From an uncultured Gemmatimonadales bacterium (lineage in GTDB: Bacteria > Gemmatimonadota > Gemmatimonadetes > Gemmatimonadales > GWC2-71-9): a stretch of 64,000 bases of DNA. Each line of letters opens with the position of its first letter. Position 1 is the stretch's first letter. The position numbers were made by a program, and so were the translations under genes. The DNA lies in assembly GCA_963739455.1 (NCBI GenBank), contig CAVUAK010000003.1, positions 1 through 64,000 of the forward strand, written 5' to 3'. This document shows positions 20,016 to 29,843 of this stretch, piece after piece. The notes beneath the pieces were generated by a model. The model did no database searches and had not been told where the DNA came from. It saw only the letters and a program-made list of their open reading frames with translations.

Positions 20016-20840
20016 TTGATCATCCACCTGGTCGACGGCACCTACGAGCTGTTCCGCCACTTCTACGGCCTCCGTCGCGGCAGCACCAGCGACGCGCCGC
20101 TCGGCGCCGTCGCCGGTGTACTCGGCACCGTAGTTCAGATGCTCGAGGGTGGCGCCACCCACATCGGCGTCGCCACCGATCACGTCATTGAGTCCTTCCG
20201 CAATCGCCTCTGGCCCGGTTACAAGACCGGCGATGGCATCGATCCCGCCCTCTGGGCCCAGTTCCACCCCCTCGAGGACGCACTGGCGGCGATGGGCGTC
20301 GTCGTGTGGCCCATGGTCGAGCTCGAGGCCGACGATGCCCTCGCCTCCGCCGCGCACCTCGCCGCCGCCGACGACCGGGTGCAGAAGGTCTGCATCTGGA
20401 CCCCCGACAAGGACCTCGCGCAGAGCGTCGTCACCGATCGCGTCGTCCAGATGGATCGCCGGAGCGGCCAGATGCGCGATGCCGCCGGCGTGCAGGCCAA
20501 GTTCGGCGTCACGCCGGAGCACATCCCCGACTACCTCGCCCTCGTCGGCGATTCCGCCGATGGCTATCCCGGCATCCCCGGCATCGGGGCCAAGACCGCC
20601 GCCCGCCTCATCCAGCGGCACGGCTGCATCGAACAATTCCCACCTGAGGTCCTTGGCGACAAGGTCGACGCCGCGCTGCTCTTCAAGCAATTGGCAACGC
20701 TACGGACCGATGAGCCGCTGTTCGATGATGTCGATACTCTCCGCTGGCGCGGACCGACGCCATCGTTCGCGGCATTGGCCGGCGCCTTCGGAGCCGACCG
20801 CCTCGCCAACCGCATCAGCGAATTGGGTCAGGCGCCGTAA
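20016..20840 (+). CDS. Stand-alone 5'-3' exonuclease / flap endonuclease
   Basis: HLVDG, EADDALA, DKDLAQ, LVGDSADGYPGIPGIGAKTA. Confidence 0.92.
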   Translation: MIIHLVDGTYELFRHFYGLRRGSTSDAPLGAVAGVLGTVVQMLEGGATHIGVATDHVIESFRNRLWPGYKTGDGIDPALWAQFHPLEDALAAMGVVVWPMVELEADDALASAAHLAAADDRVQKVCIWTPDKDLAQSVVTDRVVQMDRRSGQMRDAAGVQAKFGVTPEHIPDYLALVGDSADGYPGIPGIGAKTAARLIQRHGCIEQFPPEVLGDKVDAALLFKQLATLRTDEPLFDDVDTLRWRGPTPSFAALAGAFGADRLANRISELGQAP

Positions 20841-20894
20841 TGGAGTCCCGCATCGTCATCGACGGCGCGGAGTATCTCCATGGGAGGCGCCACC

Positions 20895-21311
20895 ATGTTC
20901 CGGTCGATCAAGCGCGAATGGCGCCAGCTGAAAAGCGGCAAGCCAGGCAAGCGCTTTCAGTCGCAATACGCAGCACAACAGAAGTCCCATCGCCCCGGTT
21001 GGATGCGCCCGCTCTGGATCGCTGGTGGCACCTCCCTCATGGCGGTGGGCGTCGTGGCACTGCCAGCGCCCGGCCCCGGCATCCTCGTCATCGCACTGGG
21101 CGGGGCACTCATTGCCCGCGAATCACTGGTCGCCGCGCGCATCCTGGACTGGACCGAGCTCCGCCTGCGCGAAGCCGCAGTATGGGCGAAGAATGCCTGG
21201 GCCATGGCGCCCTGGCCGGTCAAGCTCCTCACTATCCTCTTCGGCATGGCGATCGCCGTCGCCATCGGCTGGCTTGCCGCTGTCTACATCCTGCGCCACT
21301 TCTTCAGCTGA
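20895..21311 (+). CDS. PGPGW-family membrane protein
   Basis: LPAPGPGILVIALG motif, hydrophobic segments, GGAGG ribosome-binding site. Confidence 0.75.
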   Translation: MFRSIKREWRQLKSGKPGKRFQSQYAAQQKSHRPGWMRPLWIAGGTSLMAVGVVALPAPGPGILVIALGGALIARESLVAARILDWTELRLREAAVWAKNAWAMAPWPVKLLTILFGMAIAVAIGWLAAVYILRHFFS

Positions 21312-21374
21312 CTCATGGACAGACGAAACGCCCCGACGATGCTCCGCCAGGGCGCCCCGGTCTACGCGTATCAG

Positions 21375-21890
21375 TCAGCGGAGTGTCGCAGCCGTCTCGC
21401 GCGCACCTGCCGCAGCGTTGATTCCACCCTTCGCCAGCGCCGAGAGCTTCTCGTTCACTGCCTTCTCTTCCGCCAGCGTCATTGCAATGAGCCTGGCCGC
21501 CTCATCGTAGCCCAGCACCTTCGCCCACTCGTGAATGACGCTGTAGCCGGAGATCTCATAGTGCTCCACCCGCTGCCCGGAACTCACGATCGCCGCGTCG
21601 AGCGCCGGCATCACCACCGTGTCGAGCATCTCCGAGCCTTCCTCGAGGATGCCTTCCATGCCCTTGCACTTCTTGCCGCGCGGTGCCTCGCCCAGGCTGG
21701 TGAGGATCGCTTCCATCCGGTCCACATGCTTCTCCGTCTCGGCGAGGTGCGCGGCCAGCGCATCCTTGAGCGGAAACGACGCCGCTGCATGGATCATCTT
21801 GGGCAGCGCCTTGATGATCTGGCGCTCCGCGTTCAGCAGGTCCTTTACCTCGTCAAGGAACAGTTCCTTGAGCGTCGAAACTGAAGTCAT
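21375..21890 (-). CDS. yciF: Ferritin-like DUF892 protein
   Basis: AERQIIKALPKM, HLAETEKH, KKCKGMEGILEEG, QRVEHYEISGY. Confidence 0.9.
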   Translation of the reverse strand: MTSVSTLKELFLDEVKDLLNAERQIIKALPKMIHAAASFPLKDALAAHLAETEKHVDRMEAILTSLGEAPRGKKCKGMEGILEEGSEMLDTVVMPALDAAIVSSGQRVEHYEISGYSVIHEWAKVLGYDEAARLIAMTLAEEKAVNEKLSALAKGGINAAAGARETAATLR

Positions 21891-21990
21891 GTAACATTCC
21901 TCATGCAATGAGCGTGAGCACGCGTGTGACGCAGCGCACGCCTGTCGTCTCGTTCTATCTATTACACCGGCGCCAAGGGAACTTCTCGCG

Positions 21991-24465
21991 ATGCCTGACC
22001 ATACCCACGATGGACCCGGGGCCGTTGCGGCGGGGGTGGACTCCTTCACCCTGCTTGCGGAGGGCTTCTTCCCCACCCACGCGCCGCGCCCCACAGCGGT
22101 GCACGAAGAGCCCGGCCTGCGCGAGGCCGTCGGGCGCAGCTGCGAGGCCAGTTCCACCTGGGATCCGGCGGCACTGCTCGCCCAGCCGCCCATCGAAACG
22201 ACCCTCGCCTCGATCCGAACTCCATCGAAGGCCGCCGCCGGACTCACCGCCGTCATCAACTCGTTCCGCATGGCCCTGCCGCGCCTCGGCGTTGTCGGCA
22301 CGAAGAAGGTCTTCCTCAGCGTCAACCAGAAGGACGGCTTCGATTGCCAGAGCTGCGCCTGGCCGTCGCCCGACGGCAAGCGTCACCAGTTCGAGTTCTG
22401 TGAGAATGGCGCCAAGGCCATGGCCAGTGAGGGAGGGAAGCGCACCATTGGCGCCGACTTCTTCCGCGAGTGGTCCATCGACAAGCTTGCCGGCCAGTCC
22501 GACGAGTGGCTGGACGCCCAGGGGCGCCTCATCGAGCCCCTGTACCGGCGCGAAGGCGCAGCCCACTACGAGCCGATCTCCTGGGACGATGCCTTCAGCC
22601 GCATCGGCGCGAGCCTGCGTGCGCTGCCCACGCCGGATCACGCAACGTTCTACACCTCGGGCCGCGCCAGCAACGAGGCGGCGTTCCTCTACCAGCTCTT
22701 TGTCCGCCAGTTCGGCACCAACAACATGCCCGACTGCTCCAACATGTGTCATGAGTCGTCCGGCACCGCGCTCGTGGAAAGCCTGGGGATAGGGAAGGGG
22801 ACGGTGACACTCGAGGACTTCGAGCACACCGACATGATCCTCATCGTGGGCCAGAATCCCGGCACCAACCATCCCCGCATGCTCACCTCGCTCGAGCACG
22901 CGAAGAAGCAGGGCGCCCGGATCATCGCCATCAACCCGCTCCCCGAGCCCGGCTTCCTCCGCTTCGCCGACCCGAACCCCGACGAGTTTCCCAACAAGCT
23001 GGGGTTTGCCCTTCGCATGCTCGACGGGGGCAGCACCGCCCTCGCCGACATGCACCTGCCGGTCCGGATCAATGGCGACATCGCCCTCTTCAAGGGGCTG
23101 ATGAAGGTGATGCTCGACGTCGAGCGCACCAATGGCGGCGTGGTCGACCATGCCTTCATTCGCGAGCACACCGACGGGTTCGAGGCCGTGAAGGCCGACC
23201 TCGAGGCCACGTCGTGGCAGGACATCGTGGACGGCTCCGGAATTCCCCGCGAGGAGATCGAGAAGGCGGGACGCATGATGGCGGAGTCCAAGCGGATGAT
23301 GGCCTGCTGGGCCATGGGCCTCACCCAGCATCGTGATGCGGTGCTCACCATCCGCACCCTGGTGAACATCCTTCTGCTCGGCGGGCACATCGGGCGCCCC
23401 GGAGCGGGCACCTGCTGCGTCCGCGGTCACTCCAACGTGCAGGGCGATCGCACCATGGGCGTGTGGGAGCGACCCACCGGTCCCTTCCTCGATGCCCTGG
23501 AGCGCGAGTTCCAGTTCCCCATGCCGCGCGAGGCAGGGCACGACGTGGTGGACAGCATCGCAGCCATGCTCAACGGGGAGCTCGATGTCTTCATCGGCCT
23601 GGGCGGCAACTTCCTCGCCGCCGCACCCGACACCGTCTGCACCGCTGAGGCACTGCGGAAGCTCAGCCTCACGGTGAACATCGCCACCAAGCTGAACCGC
23701 GGTCATCTCGTCACCGGTCGGGAGTCGATCATCCTCCCCTGTCTCGGTCGCTCCGAGAAGGACCCCGCCGGCTTCGTCACCGTCGAGGACTCGATGGGCG
23801 TGGTGAGCTCATCCACCGGACCACTCGAGCCCGCCGGCACGGAACTTCGCAGCGAGGTCGCCATCATCGCCGGTATCGCCAAGGCGACGCTCGGCAGCAC
23901 CTCGAAGATCGACTGGACGGCGCTTTCGGCGGACTACAGTCGCATCCGTGACCACATCAGCCGCGTGGTACCCGGGTTTGCCGACTTCAACACCAAGGTC
24001 AACGCGGGGCCGTTCTACCTCCCGAACCCGGCGCGCCAGCGGCACTTCGTCACCAGTACCGGCAAGGCCCATTTCGCCGTTGCGCCCATTTCCGAACACG
24101 ACCTGGGCGGTGATCGCTACATCCTGATGACCATCAGGAGCCACGACCAGTTCAACACCACCATCTACGGACTCAACGATCGCTACCGTGGCGTCCACGG
24201 CGGCCGCCGGGTGCTCTTCATGAATCCCGATGACATCGCCGCGCGCGGCTGGGAAGCCGACGAGCGTGTCGACATCACCAGCCACTTTCGCGGTGAGGAG
24301 CGCATGGCACGCCGGTTCCAGCTCGTGCCACACGCCATCCCCCGCCGCTGCCTCGCCGCCTATTTCCCCGAGGCCAACGTCCTCGTCCCACTCGGCAGTG
24401 TCGCCGAGTGGAGCAACACACCAACGTCAAAATCAATCCACGTATCGCTGGAACGGAGTGCCTAG
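21991..24465 (+). CDS. ydeP: FdhF/YdeP family molybdopterin oxidoreductase
   Basis: GFDCQSCAWP, FEFCENGAKA, FYTSGRASNE, PDCSNMCHE, RGHSNVQGDRTMG, RSHDQFNTTIYG. Confidence 0.93.
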   Translation: MPDHTHDGPGAVAAGVDSFTLLAEGFFPTHAPRPTAVHEEPGLREAVGRSCEASSTWDPAALLAQPPIETTLASIRTPSKAAAGLTAVINSFRMALPRLGVVGTKKVFLSVNQKDGFDCQSCAWPSPDGKRHQFEFCENGAKAMASEGGKRTIGADFFREWSIDKLAGQSDEWLDAQGRLIEPLYRREGAAHYEPISWDDAFSRIGASLRALPTPDHATFYTSGRASNEAAFLYQLFVRQFGTNNMPDCSNMCHESSGTALVESLGIGKGTVTLEDFEHTDMILIVGQNPGTNHPRMLTSLEHAKKQGARIIAINPLPEPGFLRFADPNPDEFPNKLGFALRMLDGGSTALADMHLPVRINGDIALFKGLMKVMLDVERTNGGVVDHAFIREHTDGFEAVKADLEATSWQDIVDGSGIPREEIEKAGRMMAESKRMMACWAMGLTQHRDAVLTIRTLVNILLLGGHIGRPGAGTCCVRGHSNVQGDRTMGVWERPTGPFLDALEREFQFPMPREAGHDVVDSIAAMLNGELDVFIGLGGNFLAAAPDTVCTAEALRKLSLTVNIATKLNRGHLVTGRESIILPCLGRSEKDPAGFVTVEDSMGVVSSSTGPLEPAGTELRSEVAIIAGIAKATLGSTSKIDWTALSADYSRIRDHISRVVPGFADFNTKVNAGPFYLPNPARQRHFVTSTGKAHFAVAPISEHDLGGDRYILMTIRSHDQFNTTIYGLNDRYRGVHGGRRVLFMNPDDIAARGWEADERVDITSHFRGEERMARRFQLVPHAIPRRCLAAYFPEANVLVPLGSVAEWSNTPTSKSIHVSLERSA

Positions 24466-25523
24466 CGCGCGTAGCTCAGCGTCGGCAGCTTCACCCACGT
24501 CGCTCCGCCATCGCGCGAGATCTCGTGCTTCGCCTCGACCTTGCCGCTCACTGGCGCCAGCGTCAGACGGTACTGCACTGTTGAGCCAAGCACCTTCTCC
24601 GTGCCCGTCAGCACCAGCGCACTCCCCGCAAAGTCCCCCTCCAGCTCGATCCGCTCGCCGAGGTTGTCCACTGACGACCGGTACCAGTGCGCCGTCACCG
24701 GGTCACGATACGTGAACGCGATCGCCTCGTAGCCCAGCCGCCCCTTGAAGTGCTCCTCCACCAGGCAGCCACTCACCGTCTTCGCGATCGTGCTCTGGCC
24801 CAGGCGTACGCCGAGCAAGCCCTTCACGCTCCACGACCCGGCGAGGAAATCGGCGTCGGTGAACGGCGACTCATCGCACAGTCCCGACGACACCATCGGT
24901 GGCGGGTTCACCGCGGGCACCCGGTGGTACTCGCCGTTCCAGAACTGCTCGTCGCGACCCGTGGCCGGCACGGTGATGCGACCGGTCTGCACCATCGTGT
25001 TCCCGTCGACCGGCGTCCAGGTCCAGGTGTCGAACAGGTGCCGCCCGTTCAGCGCGCTGATCCGCTCGCCCGTCAGCACCATCGCGCCGGAGGCATTGAG
25101 GTTGCCCGCCATCCGGTACGCAACGCCGTAGTCCGCCACCCAGGTTTGGCGCCACTGCTTCGTGTCGGCGTCATAGCTGTTGAGGCTCGTGCCCACCGAT
25201 CCACCGTCGGGGTCCAGGTAGCTCTCCCGGATCGCGCAGCCGCCCAGCAGCGGCTCGACAACATTCGTTCCCGCCGGCGCGCCGTCCTCCGTGATATCCC
25301 ACTGGCCCAGCCAGAAGTCGAACGTGCGGTACGCCGCGGCACTGCACGGCTTGAGCGAAGCGCTCGAGACCCCCCGGGCCGCCGCGAACGGCAGCAGGTC
25401 ACTCTCTCCCCCCGTGCCCGGCGTTGCCCCATCCGGCGCCACCGAATGTTCCGGCGCACACGCGAGCAATGCGCCCGCGAGCGCAAGGCTGCCGAAGAAC
25501 TTCCACCTATGTGACTGTCGCAT
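24462..25523 (-). CDS. Lipoprotein with two tandem DUF1579-like beta-barrel domains
   Basis: LLAC lipobox; paired motifs FDFWLGQW / ADFLAGSW, GCAIRE / GCLVEE, WRQTWVAD / WYRSSVDN. Confidence 0.75.
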   Translation of the reverse strand: MRQSHRWKFFGSLALAGALLACAPEHSVAPDGATPGTGGESDLLPFAAARGVSSASLKPCSAAAYRTFDFWLGQWDITEDGAPAGTNVVEPLLGGCAIRESYLDPDGGSVGTSLNSYDADTKQWRQTWVADYGVAYRMAGNLNASGAMVLTGERISALNGRHLFDTWTWTPVDGNTMVQTGRITVPATGRDEQFWNGEYHRVPAVNPPPMVSSGLCDESPFTDADFLAGSWSVKGLLGVRLGQSTIAKTVSGCLVEEHFKGRLGYEAIAFTYRDPVTAHWYRSSVDNLGERIELEGDFAGSALVLTGTEKVLGSTVQYRLTLAPVSGKVEAKHEISRDGGATWVKLPTLSYAR

Positions 25524-25597
25524 GAGTCGATCTCCACTTGGGACTGCGGTGAAGGGCGCCCCTCGCGGGCACCCGGCTTCACCGTCACTATGCCATC

Positions 25598-25649
25598 CAA
25601 GTGGTAGCGCGTGAAGTGCCAATTAGTGATAATTCAACCAGTCCACTTG
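25598..25649. promoter_or_regulatory. Candidate MocR operator in a divergent promoter region
   Basis: Inverted CAAGTGG (25598) ... CCACTTG (25643) around an AT-rich core, with an extra AAGTGCC at 25614. Confidence 0.45.
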
Positions 25650-25658
25650 AGGAGCGCC

Positions 25659-27128
25659 ATGCGCGGCTCTGCCGGGATCGTTCCCTGGCTCGACCTCGAC
25701 CAGCACGACGAGGTCCCCCTCTATCTCCAGCTCTACGAGCAGGTGCGTCGGGCCGTGCTCTCTGGCCGGCTCGCTCCCGGCGCGCGGCTCCCGTCGTCGC
25801 GCACCCTCGCCGCCGAGTTGGGCCTCTCCCGCGCCACGGTCATCCAGGCCTATGACCGCCTCTGGTCCGAGGGCTACCTGGAGGCGAAAGTGGGCTCCGG
25901 CACCCGTGTCACCGCGACCCTGCCCGAGGAACGATTGGCCGCTCCCTCATCGGTTCGTCGCGCGCCCGAGGGACAGGTCACGGTGCAGTTGTCCCGTCGG
26001 GCGGAAGCACTCGCCCCGACGCTTACCGGGGCAGGGCAGCTCGACGTCGCGCGCCCCTTCCTCCCCGGCTATCCCGCGCTCGACCTGTTCCCCATCGCCA
26101 TCTGGCGTCGCCTTGTCTGGCGACGGTTGCGGTCGCGGAGCCAGGTCGACCTGCTGCGGCCCCCCGATCCCGCCGGATATCCCGCGCTGCGTTCCGCGAT
26201 CGCGGAGCACCTGCGCCTCACCCGCGGGGTGCGCTGTTCTGCCGACCAGGTGGTGATCACCACCGGCACCCAGCAGGCACTCGCCCGGCTCGCGGCACTC
26301 CTGCTCGATCCCGGTGATGCCGCATGGATCGAGGATCCCGGCTATCTCGGCGCGCGCCGCGCCCTTCGCGCCGTCGGCGCGCAGCTCGTGCCGGTGCCGG
26401 TGGATGCTGCCGGGATCATTGTCGATGAGGGCATCGCGCGGCAGAAGCGCGCGCGGCTCGCGTACGTCACCCCGTCACACCAGTTCCCCACCGGCGTCAC
26501 CATGTCACTCGAGCGACGGCTCCGCCTGTTGCAGTGGGCCCGAGATAGCGACGCTTGGATCCTGGAGGATGACTACGACGGCGAGTATCGCTATGAGGAG
26601 CGCCCGCTCCAGGCCCTGCAGGGAATGGACGGATCGGGGCGGGTCATCTACCTGGGGACGTTCGGGAAGATCCTCTTTCCCTCACTGCGTCTTGGGTACG
26701 CGGTGCTCCCCTCATCACTGGTGCCGACATTCGTCGCGGCGCGTGCCGCCGATGCCGGTGCGCCGCCGCTGCTCGAACAACTGGTCCTCACTGATTTCCT
26801 GCGTGACGAGCACTACGCCCGGCACCTCCGTCGCATGCGGCTGGTCTACCGCGACCGGCGCGATGCGCTGCTCGAAGCCCTGGCAGACAGGTGTGCATCA
26901 CATCTCACGCCCGGGCCTGCCGGTGCCGGTATTCACCTCGCGGCTACGCTGCATCGCGGTGACGATCGCGCGGTCGCGAAGCGCGCCGCCGAGCGCGGCC
27001 TCACCGCGTTCGCGATATCCGAATTCGCTCTTGAGCCGAAGGCGCCGGGAGGACTGGTCCTCGGATTCGCTGGCTGGTCACCGGGGCGGATCCGGAATGC
27101 GGTGGACCTGCTCGCCGGCACGCTATAG
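25659..27128 (+). CDS. MocR/GabR-family regulator (GntR wHTH plus PLP aminotransferase domain)
   Basis: RLPSSRTLAAELGLSRATV, YVTPSHQFPTG, ILEDDYDGEY, GTFGKILFPSLRLG. Confidence 0.95.
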   Translation: MRGSAGIVPWLDLDQHDEVPLYLQLYEQVRRAVLSGRLAPGARLPSSRTLAAELGLSRATVIQAYDRLWSEGYLEAKVGSGTRVTATLPEERLAAPSSVRRAPEGQVTVQLSRRAEALAPTLTGAGQLDVARPFLPGYPALDLFPIAIWRRLVWRRLRSRSQVDLLRPPDPAGYPALRSAIAEHLRLTRGVRCSADQVVITTGTQQALARLAALLLDPGDAAWIEDPGYLGARRALRAVGAQLVPVPVDAAGIIVDEGIARQKRARLAYVTPSHQFPTGVTMSLERRLRLLQWARDSDAWILEDDYDGEYRYEERPLQALQGMDGSGRVIYLGTFGKILFPSLRLGYAVLPSSLVPTFVAARAADAGAPPLLEQLVLTDFLRDEHYARHLRRMRLVYRDRRDALLEALADRCASHLTPGPAGAGIHLAATLHRGDDRAVAKRAAERGLTAFAISEFALEPKAPGGLVLGFAGWSPGRIRNAVDLLAGTL

Positions 27129-27210
27129 GTCGATCGCCCCATACCTTTGCCCGGCTTGTCCCGGAAATTATCGTACGACCAGTTACCACGCTCAAAATCG
27201 GAGGCTCGTC

Positions 27211-28242
27211 TTGCGATCTTCTCTCGCGGTGCTCGCCGCTCTGCTCGCCGTAGGCGCCTGTTCGAGCGAGGAACCTGCCGAGAGCGACGCGACAGCGCTC
27301 ATTACTTACGTCGAGACCAGGGCTGGCGATGCCGAGACGCGACTCGTCGTCATTGGCGACGACGGCACCGGTTACAGGGAACTTGCCACAGGACTGGATG
27401 GCAGCAGTTCGCCCGCCGTCTCCCCCGGGGGCGGGTCGATATTCTTCTGGGGGTATCTGGAGGACACGGGCAGCGCGTGGCTTTCCGTTCCACCCTCGGG
27501 CGGCGCGTCCACCAATCTGCAAATGTCCACCGACCTCCATAACCCTCGCTTTTCACCCAGCGGGCGCGAGATCGCCTGGTTGCACTATGACTTGACGTCG
27601 CGCGTCGCCGTCTCGGCCCGCGGAAGTTCTTCAGTGACTGACCTGACCCCGACCGTCGATTTTATCGACCCTGAAGTGTCGTGGGCGCCCGATAATTCCC
27701 GGCTCGTGGTGAAGCAGCGCAACGTGGAATTTGGTACCGACTTGGCTGTTGTGAGCCTGGCTGGTGTGACGACGCCACTGGTGACCACCCTGGGTGAACA
27801 AACCTCACCGGCCTGGTCGCCCACGGCGGACCAGGTCGCGTACGTGCAGCCGTTCACCGACGCGCCAACGAACGGCATCTACATCGTGACGGCCGACGGT
27901 GCTCGGACGAGGCAGTTGGTGAGTGGGTTGTACGACGGCGTGGTATTCTGGTCTCCGGATGGCAAGACGATCGCCTTCTGGGGGCACCTCGATGGGAGCC
28001 ACACCAATCCTCGTTTTGTGCTCATCGATGTGGCAACCGGATTCATCGAGTCGTCCACGCCCTTCAATGGATTGTCTTATCCGGCGCTGGAGCCCTGGTC
28101 GAAAGACGGGAGCCGCTTGCTGCTCTACTCGCCGTCGGCAGTCTCCGGCAATTGGGCGATATTCACCATGGATCGGAGCGGCACGCTGACGCAGGTCACC
28201 GCGGATTCGGTGACGGCAACACTGCCGGCGTGGGTTCAGTGA
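27211..28242 (+). CDS. TolB-like (PD40 repeat) lipoprotein
   Basis: GGAGG then TTG 27211; AVGAC lipobox; repeated PAVSPGG / PRFSPSG / PAWSPT / WSPDGK / WSKDG. Confidence 0.82.
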   Translation: MRSSLAVLAALLAVGACSSEEPAESDATALITYVETRAGDAETRLVVIGDDGTGYRELATGLDGSSSPAVSPGGGSIFFWGYLEDTGSAWLSVPPSGGASTNLQMSTDLHNPRFSPSGREIAWLHYDLTSRVAVSARGSSSVTDLTPTVDFIDPEVSWAPDNSRLVVKQRNVEFGTDLAVVSLAGVTTPLVTTLGEQTSPAWSPTADQVAYVQPFTDAPTNGIYIVTADGARTRQLVSGLYDGVVFWSPDGKTIAFWGHLDGSHTNPRFVLIDVATGFIESSTPFNGLSYPALEPWSKDGSRLLLYSPSAVSGNWAIFTMDRSGTLTQVTADSVTATLPAWVQ

Positions 28243-28994
28243 TCGGGTGAGCCTGCCTTCGGTCCTGCCAGGAGCGAATCGCTGATCGAACGCCGAACAG
28301 TTAGCGAGTCGATCTCCAGGTCGAAGTACGGCTTGCCCTCCCGCATGATCTCCATGCGCCGGAACCACCGCACACCATTCGACTCCGTCGTTCCCGACAG
28401 TCGCACCAGTTGCGGGTCGCCCTCCACCGGCCCCGGCTGCGCGAACCGCGTCACCATGCTGGTCACGCGCCCTGCAGAATCGAAGTACATCGTCACCGGC
28501 AGGCGTCCGGCGCGCTCCACCCGGAACCCTTCATTCCCCACGGAGTCGGGGAACACCTGGTGCAGCCTCACCCCCTTCTCCTTGAGCGTCACCAGTCGGA
28601 GCAGCGAGTACAGGTAGTACTGGTGCTGCTCCTCGGCGAGGAGGTCCTCCGGTAGCGGCGTGAAGACCGTGTCCTTCTGCAGCCAGCCATGCGGTCCCGC
28701 AATGATCAGGCGTCGCGTGGTGCCGGCGCCACGCGCCATGTCGTAGGTCGCCACTACCGCGCTGTCCGGTGGCTGGATTTGCCAGACGCCGCGGATCACG
28801 ATGTCCCGGTTCGGAATATGAACTGCCCCCAGCCCGGTCCACTCGAATCCACGATACTCCTTGAGTAGCTGAGCACCTCCCGCCGCCTTGATCGCGCGGT
28901 CGAGCAGTGTTGCTGGACGTGTCTGTCCCTGTAGCGCCGCCGCGAAGACAAGTAACTCGGCGGCAGCCAGGCCCGTACGGAGTGCAATGCGCAT
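28236..28994 (-). CDS. Hypothetical exported protein
   Basis: Signal peptide, LLDRAIKAAGG, beta-rich body. Confidence 0.7.
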   Translation of the reverse strand: MRIALRTGLAAAELLVFAAALQGQTRPATLLDRAIKAAGGAQLLKEYRGFEWTGLGAVHIPNRDIVIRGVWQIQPPDSAVVATYDMARGAGTTRRLIIAGPHGWLQKDTVFTPLPEDLLAEEQHQYYLYSLLRLVTLKEKGVRLHQVFPDSVGNEGFRVERAGRLPVTMYFDSAGRVTSMVTRFAQPGPVEGDPQLVRLSGTTESNGVRWFRRMEIMREGKPYFDLEIDSLTVRRSISDSLLAGPKAGSPDH

Positions 28995-29012
28995 GACCAA
29001 CTTTAACAGCAC

Positions 29013-29835
29013 ATGATCTCCGCCCTCGCGCTCCTCTTACTGCAGGGCGCGCCTCCCGCGCCGCGTCAGGTCACCTTCGAGAGCCAGGGCGTCACCCTGG
29101 CCGGAGAGGTCACCTATCCGAATGGCGACACACCCTTTCCCGCCGTGGCCCTCGTGCACGGCTCCGGCCCCGCAACCCGCGAGGGCAACGCACCGCTGGT
29201 GACACTCTTCCGTGACCTCGGCTTCGCCGTTCTCGCCTACGACAAGCGCGGCACCGGTGCCTCCGGTGGCGCCTATCGTGGAGTCGGTGTCCGCAACAGC
29301 GACTCGATGATCGCCCTGCTCGGCGCTGATGCCGCAGCGGCGGCCCGCCTGCTCGCCACCGATTCTCGCGTCGATCCGAAGCGCATTGGCCTGGCAGGAG
29401 GCAGTCAGGCGGGCTGGGTCATCGCCGCTGCGCTGAGCGGCGCGCCGATCCGGTTCTTCGTGGCACTCTCGGGGCCTGCCGTCACGGTCGGTGAGGAGAA
29501 CTGGTACTCACGCTACTTCGAGGACACCGACCGCCCCATCGATCAGGCCGACAGTATCATGGCACTCTTCACCGGCCCACCTGGCTACGATCCGATACCC
29601 GACCTCGCGGCGCAGCAACGCGTTGGGCCTCTATGTCTTGGGAGCGCTCGACCGCAGCGTTCCCACCCGCGCTGAGCGCCACCCGGCTCCGGCGACCTCG
29701 ATCCCAGGTCTCGCCAATTCACCGTCCTGCGTATTCCCCCCGGGCAACCACGCCCTGTTCGACGCGCGCACCGGCAATCCGCTGCCGTTCGGCGTCGAGG
29801 TCGCGGCGTGGTTGCATCAAGTGGGGATGAGGTAG
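29013..29835 (+). CDS. Alpha/beta hydrolase, frameshifted after about 29600
   Basis: VHGSG, YDKRGTGAS and GGSQAG in ORF 29013..29675; GALDRSVP and GNHAL in ORF 29491..29835. Confidence 0.8.
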
Positions 29836-29843
29836 AGTTCTTC

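Noticed and set aside
21955..23706. Long antisense ORFs (also 52472..54055, 38435..39613, 46124..47308, 61713..62816)
   Set aside because: Shadow frames opposite well-supported genes, expected in high-GC DNA, with no motifs of their own.
26314..27210. 642-aa version of the TolB-like ORF
   Set aside because: The N-terminal 299 codons overlap the MocR gene out of frame. A ribosome-binding site, TTG start and lipobox at 27211 give the real start.
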